Of a DNA stretch of 64,000 nucleotides, positions 29,806 to 48,100 are shown in pieces. This stretch comes from the human T2T-CHM13v2.0 reference genome, Homo sapiens: NCBI RefSeq assembly GCF_009914755.1, contig NC_060948.1. One strand, 5' to 3'. The first letter of the stretch is position 1. Each line of letters starts with the position of its first letter. The notes beneath the pieces were generated by a model. The model was not told the DNA's origin, did no database searches, and saw only the letters and a list, made by a program, of their open reading frames with translations. Both the position numbers and the translations under genes were made by a program.

Positions 29806-31929
29806 TTATATATGATATATATTACATGTTATGTGCTATGCCTTATATGTAACATATAACCTCATATATTTTATATGTCATAGTATAAAATATTTATCCT
29901 GTGTCATCTTATATATACTATATAAATTACATAACATATATAATATATGATACATATTATATATCTTATATATGAAATTATATAAATATAGATAACATAA
30001 TATATATTTATATGTAATATGATATATAACAAAGGTACTATATCATATATGATATATAATATATATATTTTTAGTACATATTATAATTTTTATATATTAT
30101 AATTTATATAATGATATAATTTTTATAGAATATAAATAATTATATATGACTATACAATTCTATATATTATAAATGAAAATATATAGAATTACAAGTTTAT
30201 GTAGTTATATGTATAATAATATAATTATATATATAGTTATATATATCACATAATAGACAACATACATATTATATAATGTATAATATATATTATAGAATAT
30301 ATGATACATGATATATATGATATTGAATATAACATAATATAATCTATATTTTAATATTATGTATGTTACTTATATTGGGTGATATGTAATATATATTATG
30401 TAATATGAAATAATATAATATATATTATATTATGATATTTTATGTAAATTATGTTATAAAAGTATATATAACATAATATATAGTTATATATAATATATTA
30501 TATGGTTATATATATTATATTATATATTTACATAAAATATTATACAGTTATATATAATTTCAAATAGTTATATATAACAGAATATAAAACATAGAGAATA
30601 CATATCATAAAATATATATTGTATACCATATATATTAGGTATCATATATTGTATGATACATATCATATACCGTATATCATATATCATATATTATATGTTA
30701 TATATATCACATTCCACATATTGAATATTATAAATTATATATAATATATGACATTCATTATATTACATGTAATAAATTATACATTATAGGTAACATAGTA
30801 TATATTATATGTAACCGGTATATTCCATGTAAAATATATAATATATAACATATGTGACATGTAATTAATAACATAGTCATATAATATATATTTAATATAG
30901 GTATTATACATACAACGTATTATATATAATATATAATATATATTACATATGTCATAAAATATAATATATATTATATGTCACATTTTATATATACAATTAT
31001 ATATTATTATATGTTGTTTTATACTATATATAACATAGACATAATATATATATTATTTATAATGGTTATTATATATAACAGATATTTTATATATAATATA
31101 TATAATGTATAATTTATATTTAATACGTATATTAACTGTATAATACATTCAATATGATATATAACATTTATTATATATGTCATAAAAAATAATATATACT
31201 ATATGTCATATTGTATCAATATAAAACTTATATATTATCAATTATTATATTTTATACAATATATATAATATAAGATGCAGGATGTAAAACAATATTATAC
31301 TTAGGTTATATGTATTATATATATGATACTGTATATTATTATATACATAATGTATACGTATGTTTGTTGGTGCCATTTTTCCATCTCATAACTTGTTTTA
31401 AGAAGCGCAGCATAATAACGTGTGGGCTTGGGATTCAGTTCTTGAAACAAAACTCTGAGCCTTCAATGAACTTTCGGTCTATGTAAAAGCACTCCTGTCT
31501 TCCTGGCAGCAGTTGGACCTCACAATGTGGATTGTGCCCTCACCCAGCAATGTTTATGCCCTATCGCCATGGTGACGGAATTAAGGGTCTCCTGCTCTTC
31601 GTCCTAAGGACCACTGTCCGTGCTGTGTCTTTCAAAGGTCAGAAGAGATTGAACCTTTGTGGTTTTATTTTACCTGAGTTTGCTTTTTCTCATGGGGAAC
31701 CTGTGTTGCTGCTTTGAAGGTATATTCATAATGGCCTTTCAAATGCCAGCTCTTCAAATTACTAGTTAAGGCTTTCAAAATATGTTATTTAAAAAATTAT
31801 CCTCTGTATTTTCCATATGCAGTTATAAGTATGTTTCATGGTTATGTTTTATTCCTCAGTTTATACATTTGATAATTATACCAAGCAGAGTACCTTTGAA
31901 ATTTTTTTTCATTTAAAAATTATGGATCT

Positions 31930-32277
<348 letters not shown>

Positions 32278-34342
32278 TCATATATTTTATATGTCATAGT
32301 ATAAAATATTTATCCTGTGTCATCTTATATATACTATATAAATTACATAACATATTTAATATATAATACATATTATACATCTTATATATATTAAATTATA
32401 TAATTATAGATAACATAATATACATTTATATGTAATAAGATATATAACAAAGGTACTATATCATATATGATATATAATATATATAATTTTAGTACATATT
32501 ATAATTTTTATATATTATAATTTATATAATGATATAATTTTTTATAGAATATAAATAATTATATATGATTATATAATTCTATATATTATAAATGAAAATA
32601 TAGAGAATTACATGTTTATGTAGTTATATGTATAATAATATAATTATATATATAGTTATATATATCACATAATAGACAACATACATATTATATAATGTAT
32701 AATATATATGATAGAATATATGTTACATGATATATATGATATTTAATATAACATAATATAATCTATATTTTAATATTATGTATGTTACTTATATTGGGTG
32801 ATATGTAATATATATTATTTAATATGAAATAATATTATGTATATTATATTATGATATTTTATGTAAATTATGTTATAAAAGTATATATAACATAATATAT
32901 AGTTATATATAATATATTATATGGTTACATATTATATTACATATTTACATAAAATATTATACAGTTATATATAATTTCAAATAGTTATATATAACAGAAT
33001 ATAAAACATATAGAATACATATCATAAAATATATATTGTATACCTTATATATTAGGTATCATATATTGTATGTTATAGATCATATACTGTATATCATATA
33101 TCATATATTATATGTTATATATATCACATTCCACATATTGAATATTATAAACTATATATAATATATGACATTCATTATATTACATGTAATATATTATACA
33201 TTATAGGTAACATAGTATATATTATATGTAACCGGTATATTCCATGTAAAATATATAATATATAACGTATGTGACATGTAATTAATAACATAGTCATATA
33301 ATATATATTTAATATATGTATTATACATACAACGTATTATATATAATATATAATATATATTACATATGTCATAAAATATAATATATATTATATGTCAAAT
33401 TTTATATATATAATTATATATTATTATATGTTGTTTTATACTATATATAACTTAGACTTAGTATATATTATGTATAATGATAATTATATATATCAGATAT
33501 ATTATATATAATATATATAATGTATAATTTATATTTAATTCGTATATTAAGCGTATAATATATTCTATATATGGTATATAACATATATTATATATGTCAT
33601 AAAATATATACTATGTGTCATATTGTATCAATATAAAACTTATATATTATCAATTATTATATTTTATACAATATATATAATATAAGATGCAGGATGTAAA
33701 ACAATATTATACATAGGTTATATGTATTATATATATGATACTGTATATTATTATATACATAAAGTATACGTATGTTTGTGGGTGCCCTTTTTCCCATCTC
33801 ATAACTTGTTTTAAGAAGCGCAGCATAATAACGTGTGGGCTTGGGATTCAGTTCTTGAAACAAAACTCTGAGCCTTCAATGAACTTTCGGTCTATGTAAA
33901 AGCACTCCTGTCTTCCTGGCAGCAGTTGGACCTCACAATGTGGATTGTGCCCTCACCCAGCAATGTTTATGCCCTATCGCCATGGTGACGGAATTAGGGG
34001 TCTCCTGCTCTTCGTCCTAAGGACCACTGTCTGTGCTGTGTCTTTCAAAGGTCAGAAGAGATTGAACCTTTGTGGTTTTATTTTCCCTGAGTTTGCTTTT
34101 TCTCATGGGGAACCTGTGTTGCTGCTTTGAAGGTATATTCATACTGGCCTTTCAAAGGCCAGCTCTTCAAATTACTAGTTAAGGCTTTCAAAATATGTTA
34201 TTTAAAAAATTATCCTCTGTATTTTCCATATGCAGTTATAAGTATGTTTCATGGTTACGTTTTATTCCTCAGTTTATACATTTGATTATTCTACCAAGCA
34301 GAGTACCTTTGAAATTTTTTTTCATTTAAAAAATATGGATCT

Positions 34343-34657
<315 letters not shown>

Positions 34658-36760
34658 TTATGTGCTATGCCTTATATGTAACATATAACCTCATATATTT
34701 TATATGTCATACTATGAAATATTTATCCTTTGTCATCTTATATATACTATATAAATTACATAACATATATAATATATAATACATATTATAGATCTTATAT
34801 ATGAAATTATATAATTATAGATAACATAATATACATTTATATGTAATATGATATATAACAAAGGTACTATATCATATATGATATATAATATATATATTTT
34901 TAGTAATATTATAATTTTTATATATTATAATTTATATAATGATTTAATTTTTTATAGAATATAAATCATTATATATGATTATATAATTCTATATATTATA
35001 AATGAAAATATATAGAATTACATGTTTATGTAGTTGTATGTATAATAATATAATTATATATATAGTTATATATATCACATAATACACAACATACATATTA
35101 TATAATGTATAATATATATGATAGAATATATGTTACATGATATATATGATATTTAATATAACATAATATAATCTATATTTTAATATTATGTATGTTACTT
35201 ATATTGGGTGATATGTAATATATATTATGTAATATGAAATAATATTTTATATATTATATTATGATATTTTATGTAAATTATGTTATAAAAGTATATATAA
35301 CATAATATATAGTTATATATAATATATTATATGGTTATATATATTATATTACATATTTACATAAAATATTATACAGTTATATATAATTTCAAATAGTTGT
35401 ATATAACAGAATATAAAACATATAGAATACATATCATAAAATATATATTGTATACCATATATACTAGGTATCATATATTGTATGTTATAGATCATATACT
35501 GTATATCATATATCATATAGTATATGTTATATATATCACATTTCACATATTGAATATTATAAATTATATATAATATATGACATTCGTTATATTACATGTA
35601 ATAAATTATACATTATAGGTAACATAGTATATATTATATGTAACCGTTATATTCCATGTAAAATATATAATATATAACATATGTGACATGTAATTAATAA
35701 CATAGTCATATAATATATATTTAATATAGGTATTATACATACAACGTATTATATATAATATATAATATATATTACATATGTCATAAACTATAATATATAT
35801 TATATGTCACATTTTATATATACAATTATATATTATTATATGTTGTTTTATACTATATATAACATTGACAAAACATATATATTATGTATAATGATTATTA
35901 TATATATCTGATATATTATATATAATATATATAATGTATAATTTATATTTAATACGTATATTAACTGTATAATATATTCTATATATGATATATAACATAT
36001 ATTATATATGTCATAAAATATAATATATACTATATGTCATATTGTATCAATATAAACTTATATATTATCAATTATTATATTTTATACAATATATATAATA
36101 TAAGATGTAGGATGTAAAACAATATTATACATAGGTTATAAGTATTATATATATGATACTGTATATCATTATATACACAAAGTATACGTATGTTTGTGGG
36201 TGCCCTTTTTCCCATCTCATAACTTGTTTTAAGAAGCGCAGCATAATAACGTGTGGGCTTGGGATTCAGTTCTTGAAACAAAACTCTGAGCCTTCAATGA
36301 ACTTTCGGTCTATGTAAAAGCACTCCTGTCTTCCTGGCAGCAGTTGGACCTCACAATGTGGATTGTGCCCTCACCCAGCAATGTTTATGCCCTATCGCCA
36401 TGGTGACGGAATTAGGGGTCTCCTGCTCTTCGTCCTAAGGACCACTGTCTGTGCTGTGTCTTTCAAAGGTCAGAAGAGATTGAACCTTTGTGGTTTTATT
36501 TTCCCTGAGTTTGCTTTTTCTCATGGGGAACCTGTGTTGCTGCTTTGAAGGTATATTCATACTGGCCTTTCAAAGGCCAGCTCTTCAAATTACTAGTTAA
36601 GGCTTTCAAAATATGTTATTTAAAAAATTATTCTCTGTATTTTCCATATGCAGTTATAAGTATGTTTCATGGTTATGTTTTATTCCTCAGTTTATACATT
36701 TGATTATTGTACCAAGCAGAGTACCTTTGAAATTTTTTTTCATTTAAAAATTATGGATCT

Positions 36761-37076
<316 letters not shown>

Positions 37077-39174
37077 TTATGTGCTATGCCTTATATGTAA
37101 CATATAACCTCATATATTAAATATGTCATAGTATAAAATATTTATCCTGTGTCATCTTATATATACTACATAAATTACGTAACATATATAATATATAATA
37201 CATATTATACATCTTATACATGAAATTATATAATTATAGATAACATAATATACATTTATATGTAATATGATATATAACAAAGGTACTCTATCATATATGA
37301 TATATAATATATATATTTTTAGTACATATTATAATTTTTATATATTATAATTTATATAATGATATAATTTTTTATAAAATATAAATAATTATATATGATT
37401 ATATAATTCTATATATTATAAATGAAAATATATAGAATTACATGTTTATGTAGTTATATGTAGAATAATATAATTATATATATAGTTATATATATCACAT
37501 AATAGACAACATACATATTATATAATGTATAATATATATTATAGAATATATGATACATGATATATATGATATTTAATATAACAGAATATAGTCTATATTT
37601 TAATATTATGTATGTTACTTATATTGGGTGATATGTAATATATATTATGTATTATGAAATGATATAATATATATTATATTATGATATTTTATGTAAATTA
37701 TGTTATAAAAGTATATATAACATAATACATAGTTATATATAATATATTATATGGTTATATATTATATTACATATTTACATAAAATATTATACAGTTATAT
37801 ATAATTTCAAATAGTTATATATAACAGAATATAAAACATATAGAATACATATCATAAAATATATATTGTATACCATATATATTAGGTATCATATATTGTA
37901 TGTTACATATCATATACTGTATATCATATATCATATAGTATATGTTATATATATCACATTCTACATATTGAATATTATAAATTATATATAGTATATGACG
38001 TTCATTATATTACATGTAATAAATTATACATTATAGGTAACATAGTATATATTATATGTAACCGGTATATTCCATGTAAAATATATAATATATAACATGT
38101 GACATGTAATTAATAAGATAGTCATATAATATATAATTAATATAGGTATTATACATACAACGTATTATATATAATATATAATATATATTATATATGTCAT
38201 AAAATATAATATATATTATATGTCACATTTTATATATACAATTATATATTATTATATGTTGTTTTATACTATATATAACATAGACATAATATATATATTA
38301 TGTATAATAGGTATTATATATAACAGATATATTATATATAATATATATAATGTATAATTTATATTTAATACGTATATTAACCGTATAATATATTCTATAT
38401 ATGATATATAACATATATTATATATGTCATAAAATATAATATATACTATGTCATATTGTATCAATATAAAACTTATATATTTTCAATTATTATATTTTAT
38501 AATATATATATAATATAAGATGCAGGATGTAAAACAATATTATACATAGGTTATATATATTATATATATGATACTGTATATTATTATATACATAATGTAT
38601 ACGTTTGTTTGTGGGTGCCGTTTTTCCCATCCCATAACTTGTTTTAAGAAGCGCAGCATAATAACGTGTGGGCTTGGGATTCAGTTCTTGAAACAAAACT
38701 CTGAGCCTTCAATGACCTTTCGGTCTATGTAAAAGCACTCCTGTCTTCCTGGCAGCAGTTGTACCTCACCATGTGGATTGTGCCCTCACCCAGCAATGTT
38801 TATGCCCTATCGCCATGGTGACGGAATTAGGGGTCTCCTGCTCTTCGTCCTAAGGACCACTGTCTGTGCTGTGTCTTTCAAAGGTCAGAAGAGATTGAAC
38901 CTTTGTGGTTTTATTTTCCCTGAGTTTGCTTTTTCTCATGGGGAACCTGTGTTGCTGCTTTGAAGGTATATTCATACTGGCCTTTCAAATGCCAACTCTT
39001 CAAATTACTAGTTAAGGCTTTCAAAATATGTTATATAAACATTATCCTCTGTATTTTCCATATGCAGTTATAAGTATGTTTCATGGTTATGTTTTATTCC
39101 TCAGTTTATACATTTGATTATTGTACCAAACAGAATACCATTGAAATTTTTTTTCATTTAAAAAATATGGATCT

Positions 39175-39490
<316 letters not shown>

Positions 39491-41572
39491 TTATGTAATA
39501 TGCTTTATATGTAACATATAACCTCATATATTTCATACGTCATAGTATATAATATTTACCCTGTGTCATCTCATATATACTATATACGTTACATAACATA
39601 TATAATATGGAATACATAGTATACATCTTATAAAGGAAAATATATAATTATTGATAACATAATACATAGTTATATGTAACATGATATATAACATATGTAC
39701 TGTATCACATATGATATATAATATATTTATTTTTAGTTCATATTATAATTTATACATATTATAATTTATATAATGATATAATTTTTTATACAATATAAAT
39801 ACTTATATATGACAATATAATTATATATATTATAAATGAAAATATATAGTATTACATGTTTTTGTAGTTATATGTATAATAACATAATTGTATATATAGT
39901 TATATATATCACATAACAGACAACATACATATTATATAATGTATAATATATATTATGATATATATGATATTTAATATATCATAATATAATCTATATTTTA
40001 ATATTATATATGTAACTTATATTGTGTGATATATAATATATATTATGTAATATAAAATAATATAATAAATATTATATTATGATATTTTATGTAAATTATG
40101 TAATAAAAATATATATATAACATAATATATAGTTATATATAATGTATTACATAGTTATATATATTATATTACATATTTACATAAAGTATTATACAGTTGT
40201 ATATAATTTCAAATAGGTATATATAACAGAATGTAAAACATATATAATACATATCATAAAATATATATTGTATACCTTATATATTATGTATCATATATTG
40301 TATGTTATACATCTTATATTGTATATCATATATCATATATTTTATGTTATATATATCACATTGCACATATTGTATATTATATATAATATATGACATTCAT
40401 TATATTATATGTAATAAATTATACATTACAGGTAACATAGTATATATTATATGTAACCAGTATATTCTATGTAAAATATATAATATATAACATATATGAC
40501 ATGTAATTAATAGCATATTCATATAATATATATTTAATATAGGTATTATACATACAACGTATTATATATAATATATAATATATATTATATATGTCATAAA
40601 ATATAAAATATATTATATGTCATATATTATATATACAATTATATATTATTATATGTTGTTTTATACTATATATAACATAGACATTATATATATATTATAT
40701 ATAATGTATATTATATATAACAGATATATTATATATATTATATATAATGTATATTTATATTTAATACCTATATTAACCATATAATATATTCTATATATGA
40801 TATATTATATATATTATATATGTCATATGGTATAATATATAATATATATCATATTGTATAAATATAATCTTGTATAATATCAATTATTATATTATATACA
40901 ATATATATAATATAAGATGCAGGATGTAAAACAATATTATACATAAGTTATATATATTATATATATGATACTGCATATTATTATATACATAATGTATACG
41001 TATGTTTGTGGGTGCCCTATTTCCCATCTGATAACTTGTTTTAAGAAGCGTAGCTTAATAACTTGTGGGCTAGAGATGCAGTTTTTGAAACAAAACTCTG
41101 AGCCTTCAATGACCTTTCGGTCTATGTAAAAGCACTCCTGTCTTCCTGGCAGCAGTTGGACCTCACAATGTGGATTGTGCCCTCACCCAGCAATGTTTAT
41201 GCCCTATCGCCATGGTGACGGAATTAGGGGTCTCCTGCTCTTCGTCCTAAGGACCACTGTCTGTGCTGTGTCTTTCAAAGGTCAGAAGAGATTGAACCGT
41301 TGTGGTTTTATTTTCCCTGAGTTTCATTTTTCTCATGGGGAACCTGTGTTGCTGCTTTGAAGCTATATTCATACTGGCCTTTCAAATGCCAACTCTTCAA
41401 ATTACTAGTTAAGGCTTTCAAAATATGTTATTTAAAAAATTATCCTCTGTATTTTCCATATGCAGTTATAAGTATGTTTCATGGTTATGTTTTATTCCTC
41501 AGTTTATACATTTGATTATTGTACCAAGCAGAGTACTTTTGAAATTTTTTTTCATTTAAAAAATATTTATCT

Positions 41573-41864
<292 letters not shown>

Positions 41865-43085
41865 TTATATATGATATATATTATATGTTATGTAATATGC
41901 TTTATATGTAACATATAACCTCATATATTTTATACGTCATAGTGTATAATATTTACCCTGTGTCATCTTATATATACTATATAGGTTACATAACATATAT
42001 AATATGGAATACATAGTATATATGTTATAAAGAAAATATATAATTATATATAACATAATATATAGTTATATGTAATATGATATATGGCATATGTACTGTA
42101 TCATTTATGATATATAATATATATATTTTTAGTACATATTATAATTTATATATATTATAATTTATATAATGATATAATTTTTATAGAATATAAATAATTA
42201 TATATGATTATATAATTATATATATTATAAATGAAAATATATAGAATTACATGTTTATGTAGTTATATGTATAATAATATAATTATATATAGTTATATAT
42301 ATCACGTAACAGACAACATACATATTATATAATGTATAATATATCTTATACAATATATGATACATTATATATATGATATTTAATATATCATAATATAATC
42401 TATATTTTAATATTAAAGATGAAACTTATATTGTGTGATATATAATATATATTATGTAATAGAAAATAATATAATAAATATTCTATTATGATATTTTATG
42501 TAAATTGTGTTATAAAACTATATATAACAAAATATATAGTTATATATAATATATTATATAGTCATTTATTCCTTTCCACACCCAGCCTTTCCAGTCAATG
42601 ATTTTGGATTATATTTTTTTGCATTCCATTACATTCTATGACATTCGATTCCGTTTCATTGCATTCCATTCCATGCATTTTTATTCCATTTGAGACCGTA
42701 GCTTTCCAGTTTATTCCAGGCCAGTCCATTACACTACATTCCCTTCCATTCCAATGAATTCCATTCCATTCCAATCCATTCCTTTCCTTTCGCTTGCATT
42801 CCATTCTATTCTCTTCTATTCCATACAATTTCACTCCATTCGTTCCCATTCCATTCAATTCCATTCCATTCAATTCCATTCCATTTGTTTCCATTCTCTT
42901 AGATTCCGTTTCTTTATATTCCATGCCATTCGATTCCATTCTATTGGAATGCATTACATTCGATTTCATTCCATTCCAGACCATTCCATTTGACTCCATT
43001 CCTTTCGAGCCCTTTCAATTGGAGTCCATTCCTTTCCAGTCCATTTCACTCCAGTCCATTACTATCCATTCCATGCCATTCCATC

Positions 43086-43145
43086 CCATTCCATTCCATT
43101 CCATTCCATTCCATTCCATTCCATTCCATTCCATTCCATTCCATT
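43086..43145 (-). repeat. Pure (CCATT)12 tract
   Basis: Uninterrupted pentamer run; the equivalent position in other units (~1240, 4765, 13370, 46590, 54520, 61606) varies in length and purity. Confidence 0.8.
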
Positions 43146-45183
43146 CCGTTCCATTACACTGCAATCCATTCCATTACATTCTATTCCATTTGGGTCGATT
43201 TTATTGCATTAGATTCTATTCCATTGGATTACTTTCCATGCGATTACATTCCATTCATGTACATTCCATTCCTGTCAATTACATTCGACTTCATTACATT
43301 ACATTCCAGTATATTCCATTCTATTCGATCCCATTCCTTTCAATTCCATTTCACTCGACTCCATTATATTCGATTCCATTCCTCCCGAATCCATTCCATT
43401 AGAGGACATTCCATTCCAACACATTCCATTCCATTCCATAACATTCCATTGCATTCGATTCCATTCCATTTGATGCCATTCCATGACATTCCATTCCATT
43501 CGAGTCCATTCCATTCCATTTCATTCCATTCCGTTTTATGAAACTCGAGTCCTTTCCATTCATTGCATTTTAATCACTTCCAATCCAATCAATTCCATTC
43601 AATTCCTTTCCATTGCATTTGATTATACTCCATTGATTTGATTCCATTCTGTTTGATTCCATTCCGTGAAATTTCGTTCCATTCTATTCCATTGCATTAC
43701 TTTCCATTCAATTCCATTCCATTTCATTTCAGTCCGTTGGCTTCCTTTCCTTTCGATTCAATTCCATTTGTTTCCACTCCATTCTATGCGATTTCATTCC
43801 AATCAATTCACTTCCATTCGATGACATTCCTTTCGTTTCCATTCTATTCGAGTCCATTCAATTTGAGCATTCGTGTCCATTCTTTTCGTGTCCATTCCAT
43901 TACAGTCTATTCCATTCCCTTCCATTCTTGTTGATTCAAATTAATTCCCTTCCATTCGATTCCTTTCAATTCGATTCCATTCCTTTCCATTCCATTCCAT
44001 TCGTTCCCATTCCATCTGATTCCATTCCATTCCAGTCCATTATATTCGAGTCCACTCCACTCCATTCTATTACATTCAATTACTTTTGAGTCCGTTCCAT
44101 AACACTCCGTTCATTTCGATTCCATTTCTTGCCAGGTTTATTCCATTTTATTCCATTCCGTTCGATTACATTCCATTCGATTGCATTCCAATCGATTGCA
44201 TTCCATTCGAATCCTTTCCATTCCATTTCATTCCATTCTTTTCTATTCCATTCCATTTCATTCAATTTGATTCCATTCTCTTCTATTCCATTCAATTCTT
44301 TTTCATTCCATTCGAATCCTTTCTATTGCAGTCCATTCCATTCGAGTCCATTCCAATCCCTTCCATGCCATTCCATTACAGTCCATTCCAATAGATTCCA
44401 TTCCTTTGCCTTCCATTCGACTCCATTCCATTCTAGTCCATTCCATTTGAGTCAATTCCATTCCACTCCATTCTATTCCTTTCCAATCCATTCGATTCCA
44501 TTCGATTCAATTCCATTTGATTCTCTTTCATTCTATTTTATTCCATGCCATTTGATTGCATTGCATTCCATTCCGTTTGATTCCAGTCCATTCAAGAAAG
44601 TTCCATTCCAGTCCATTGCTTTCGAGTCCATTCCATTCCACTCTAGTCTATTCCACTCCATTCCTTTCCATTCCATTCCATACTATTCCATTCCATTCCT
44701 TTGCATTCCGTTTCCAATCTATTCGAGTCCTTTGCATTCCAGTCCAATCCATTCGATTACATTCTTTTTGATTCCCTCCAGTCGATTGCATTGCATACTA
44801 GACCATTCCAAAGGAGTCCATTCCATTCTATTTCAACACTTTCCATTCTACTCTGTTCGAGTCAATTCCATTCCAGTCCATTTAATTCAAGGGCATTCCA
44901 TTCCATTCCATTCCATTTCATATTATTCCATTCCATTCAATTCCATTCCAGATGATTCCATTCCATTCTATACCATTGCTCTCTGTTCCATTGCATTCCA
45001 TCTGTCTCCATTCCTTTCGTTTCGATTCCTTTCCATTCCATTCCATTACATTTCATCCTATTTTATTAAATTGCATTCTATTCGAGTGATTTCCATTCGA
45101 GTCCTTTACATTCGATTCCATTCCATTCTATTCCATTCCTTTGGATTCCATTCCATTCCGTTCCGTTCACATCAATTCCTTAA

Positions 45184-48100
45184 GATTCCATTACATTCGA
45201 TTTCTTGCCATTCGATTCCATTCCTTTTGACTCTATTTCATTCTATTCCATTCCATTCCATTAATTTCCATTCCATTCGAGACCTTTCCATTGCAGTCTT
45301 TTCACTTCGAGTCCATTCCGTTCGATTCCATTCCATTCGATTCCATTCCATTGGAGTCCGTACCGGTCGAGTCCATTCTATTCCAGTCCATTAGTTTCGA
45401 CTCCATTGCATTCGAGTGCATTCCATTCCGTGGCTGTCCATTCCATTCCGTTTGATGCCATTCCATACGATTCCATTCAATTCGAGACCATTCTATTCCT
45501 GTCCATTCCCTGTGACTCGATTCCATTTCACTCTAGTCCATTCCATTCCATTCAATTCCATTCGACTCTATTCCGTTCCATTCAATTCCATTCCATTCGA
45601 TTCCATTCTTTTCCAGAACCTTCGATTACACTCCCTTGCATTCCAGTACATTCCATTCCAGTCTCTGCAGTTCGATTCCATTCCATTCGTTTCGATTCCA
45701 TTCCATTCCAGCCCATTCCATTCCATTCCATTCCTTTCCTTTCCGTTTCATTAGATTCCATTGCATTCAATTCCATTCAATTCAATTCCGTGCTATTCAA
45801 TTTGATTCCATTCCATTTAATTCCATTCCATTAGATTCCATTCCGTTCGATTCCATTCCTTTCGAATCCATTCCATTGGAGTCCATTCACTTCCAGAACA
45901 TTCCATTCCAGTCGAATCCATTCGAGTACATTCCATTAAAGTTCATTACATTCTAATACATTCTATTCCATTGCATTCCATTCCATTCCATTCGATGCCA
46001 TTCGATTCCATTCCATGCCAAATCATTCCATTCCTTTCCATTCCGTTGCTATCAATTCCATTCCGTTCCATTTAGTTCGATTCTATTCACTTCCTTTCCA
46101 TTCGATTCCATTCCATTGGAGTCAATTCCTTTCGACACCCAGCCTTTCCAGTCAATGATTTTGGAGTCCGTTTTTTTGCATTCCATTACATTCTATGACA
46201 TTCGATTCCGTTTCATTGCATTCCATTCCATACATTTTTATTCCATTCGAGACCGTAGCATTCCAGTTTATACCATGCCAGTCCATTACACTACATTCCC
46301 TTCCATTCCAATCCATTCCTTTCTTATCCATTGCATTCCATTCTATTCTCTTCTATTCCATACAATTTCACTCCATTCGTTCCCATTCCACTCAATTCCA
46401 TTCCATTCAATTCCATTCCATTTGTTTCCATTCTATTGGATTGCATTAGATTCGAGTTCATTCCATTCCAGACCATTCCATTTGACTCCATTCCTTTCGA
46501 GCCCTTTCAATTTGAGTCCATTCCTTTCCAGTCCATTTCACTCCAGTCCATTACTATCCATTCCATACCATTCCATCCCATTCCATCCCATTCCATTCCA
46601 TTCTATTCCATTCCATTCCATTCCACTCCATTGCATTCCATTCCATTCCATTCCATTGCACTGCATTCCATTCCATTACATTCTATTCCATTTGAGTCGA
46701 TTTTATTGCATTAGAATCTATTCCATTGGATTAATTTCCATTCGATTACATTCCATTCATGTACATTCCATTCCAGTCAATTACATTCGACTTTGTTACA
46801 TTGCATTCCAGTATATTCCATTCTATTCGATCCCATTCCTTTCCATTCCATTTTATTCCATTCCTTCTTATTCCATTCGGTTTCATTCGATTTGATTCCA
46901 TTCTGTTCTATTCCATTCTATTCTTTTTCATTCCATTCGAATCCTTTCTATTGCAGTCCATTCCATTCGAGTCCATTCCAATCCCTTCCATTCCATTCCA
47001 TTACAGTCCATTCCAATAGATTCTATTCCTTTGCCTTCCATTCGACTCCATTCCATTCTAGTCCATTCCATTTGAGTCAATTCCATTCTATTCCATTCTA
47101 TTCCTTTCCAATCCATTCGATTCCATTTGATTCAATTCCATTTGATTCTCTTTCATTCTATTTTATTCCATGCCATTTGATTGCATTGCATTCCATTCTT
47201 TTGATTCCAGTCCATTCAAGAAATTTCCATTCCAGTCCATTGCTTTCGAGTCCATTCCATTCCACTCTAGTCTATTCCACTGCATTCCTTTCCATTCCAT
47301 TCCATACTATTCCATTCCATTCCTTTGCATTCCGTTTCCAATCTATTCGAGTCCATTGCATTCCAGTCCAATCCATTCGATTACATTCCTTTTGATTCCC
47401 TGCCAGTCGATTGCATTGCATACTAGACCATTCCAAAGGAGTCCATTACATTCCATTTCAACACTTTCCATTCTAATCTGTTCGAGTCCATTCCATTCCA
47501 GTCCATTTAATTCAAGGGCATTCCATTCCATTCCATTCCATTTCATATTATTCCATTCTATTCAATTCCATTCCAGATGATTCCATTCCATTCTATACCA
47601 TTGCTCTCTGTTCCATTCCATTCCATCTGTCTCCATTCCTTTCGTTTCCATTCCTTTCCATTCCATTCCATTACATTTCATCCTATTTTATTAAATTGCA
47701 TTCTATTCGAGTGATTTCCATTCGAGTCCTTTCCATTCGATTCCATTCCATTCTATTCCATTCCTTTGGATTCCATTCCATTCCGTTCCGTTCACATCAA
47801 TTCCTTGCGATTCCATTACATTCGATTTCTTGCCATTCGATTCCATTCCTTTTGACTCTATTTCATTCTATTCCATTCCATTCCATTAATTTCCATTCCA
47901 TTCGAGACCTTTCCATTGCAGTCTTTTCACTTCGAGTCCATTCCGTTCGATTCCATTCCATTCGATTCCATTCCATTGGAGTCCGTACCGGTCGAGTCCA
48001 TTCTATTCCAGTCCATTAGTTTCGACTCCATTGCATTCGAGTGCATTCCATTCCGTGGCTGTCCATTCCATTCCGTTTGATGCCATTCCATACGATTCCA

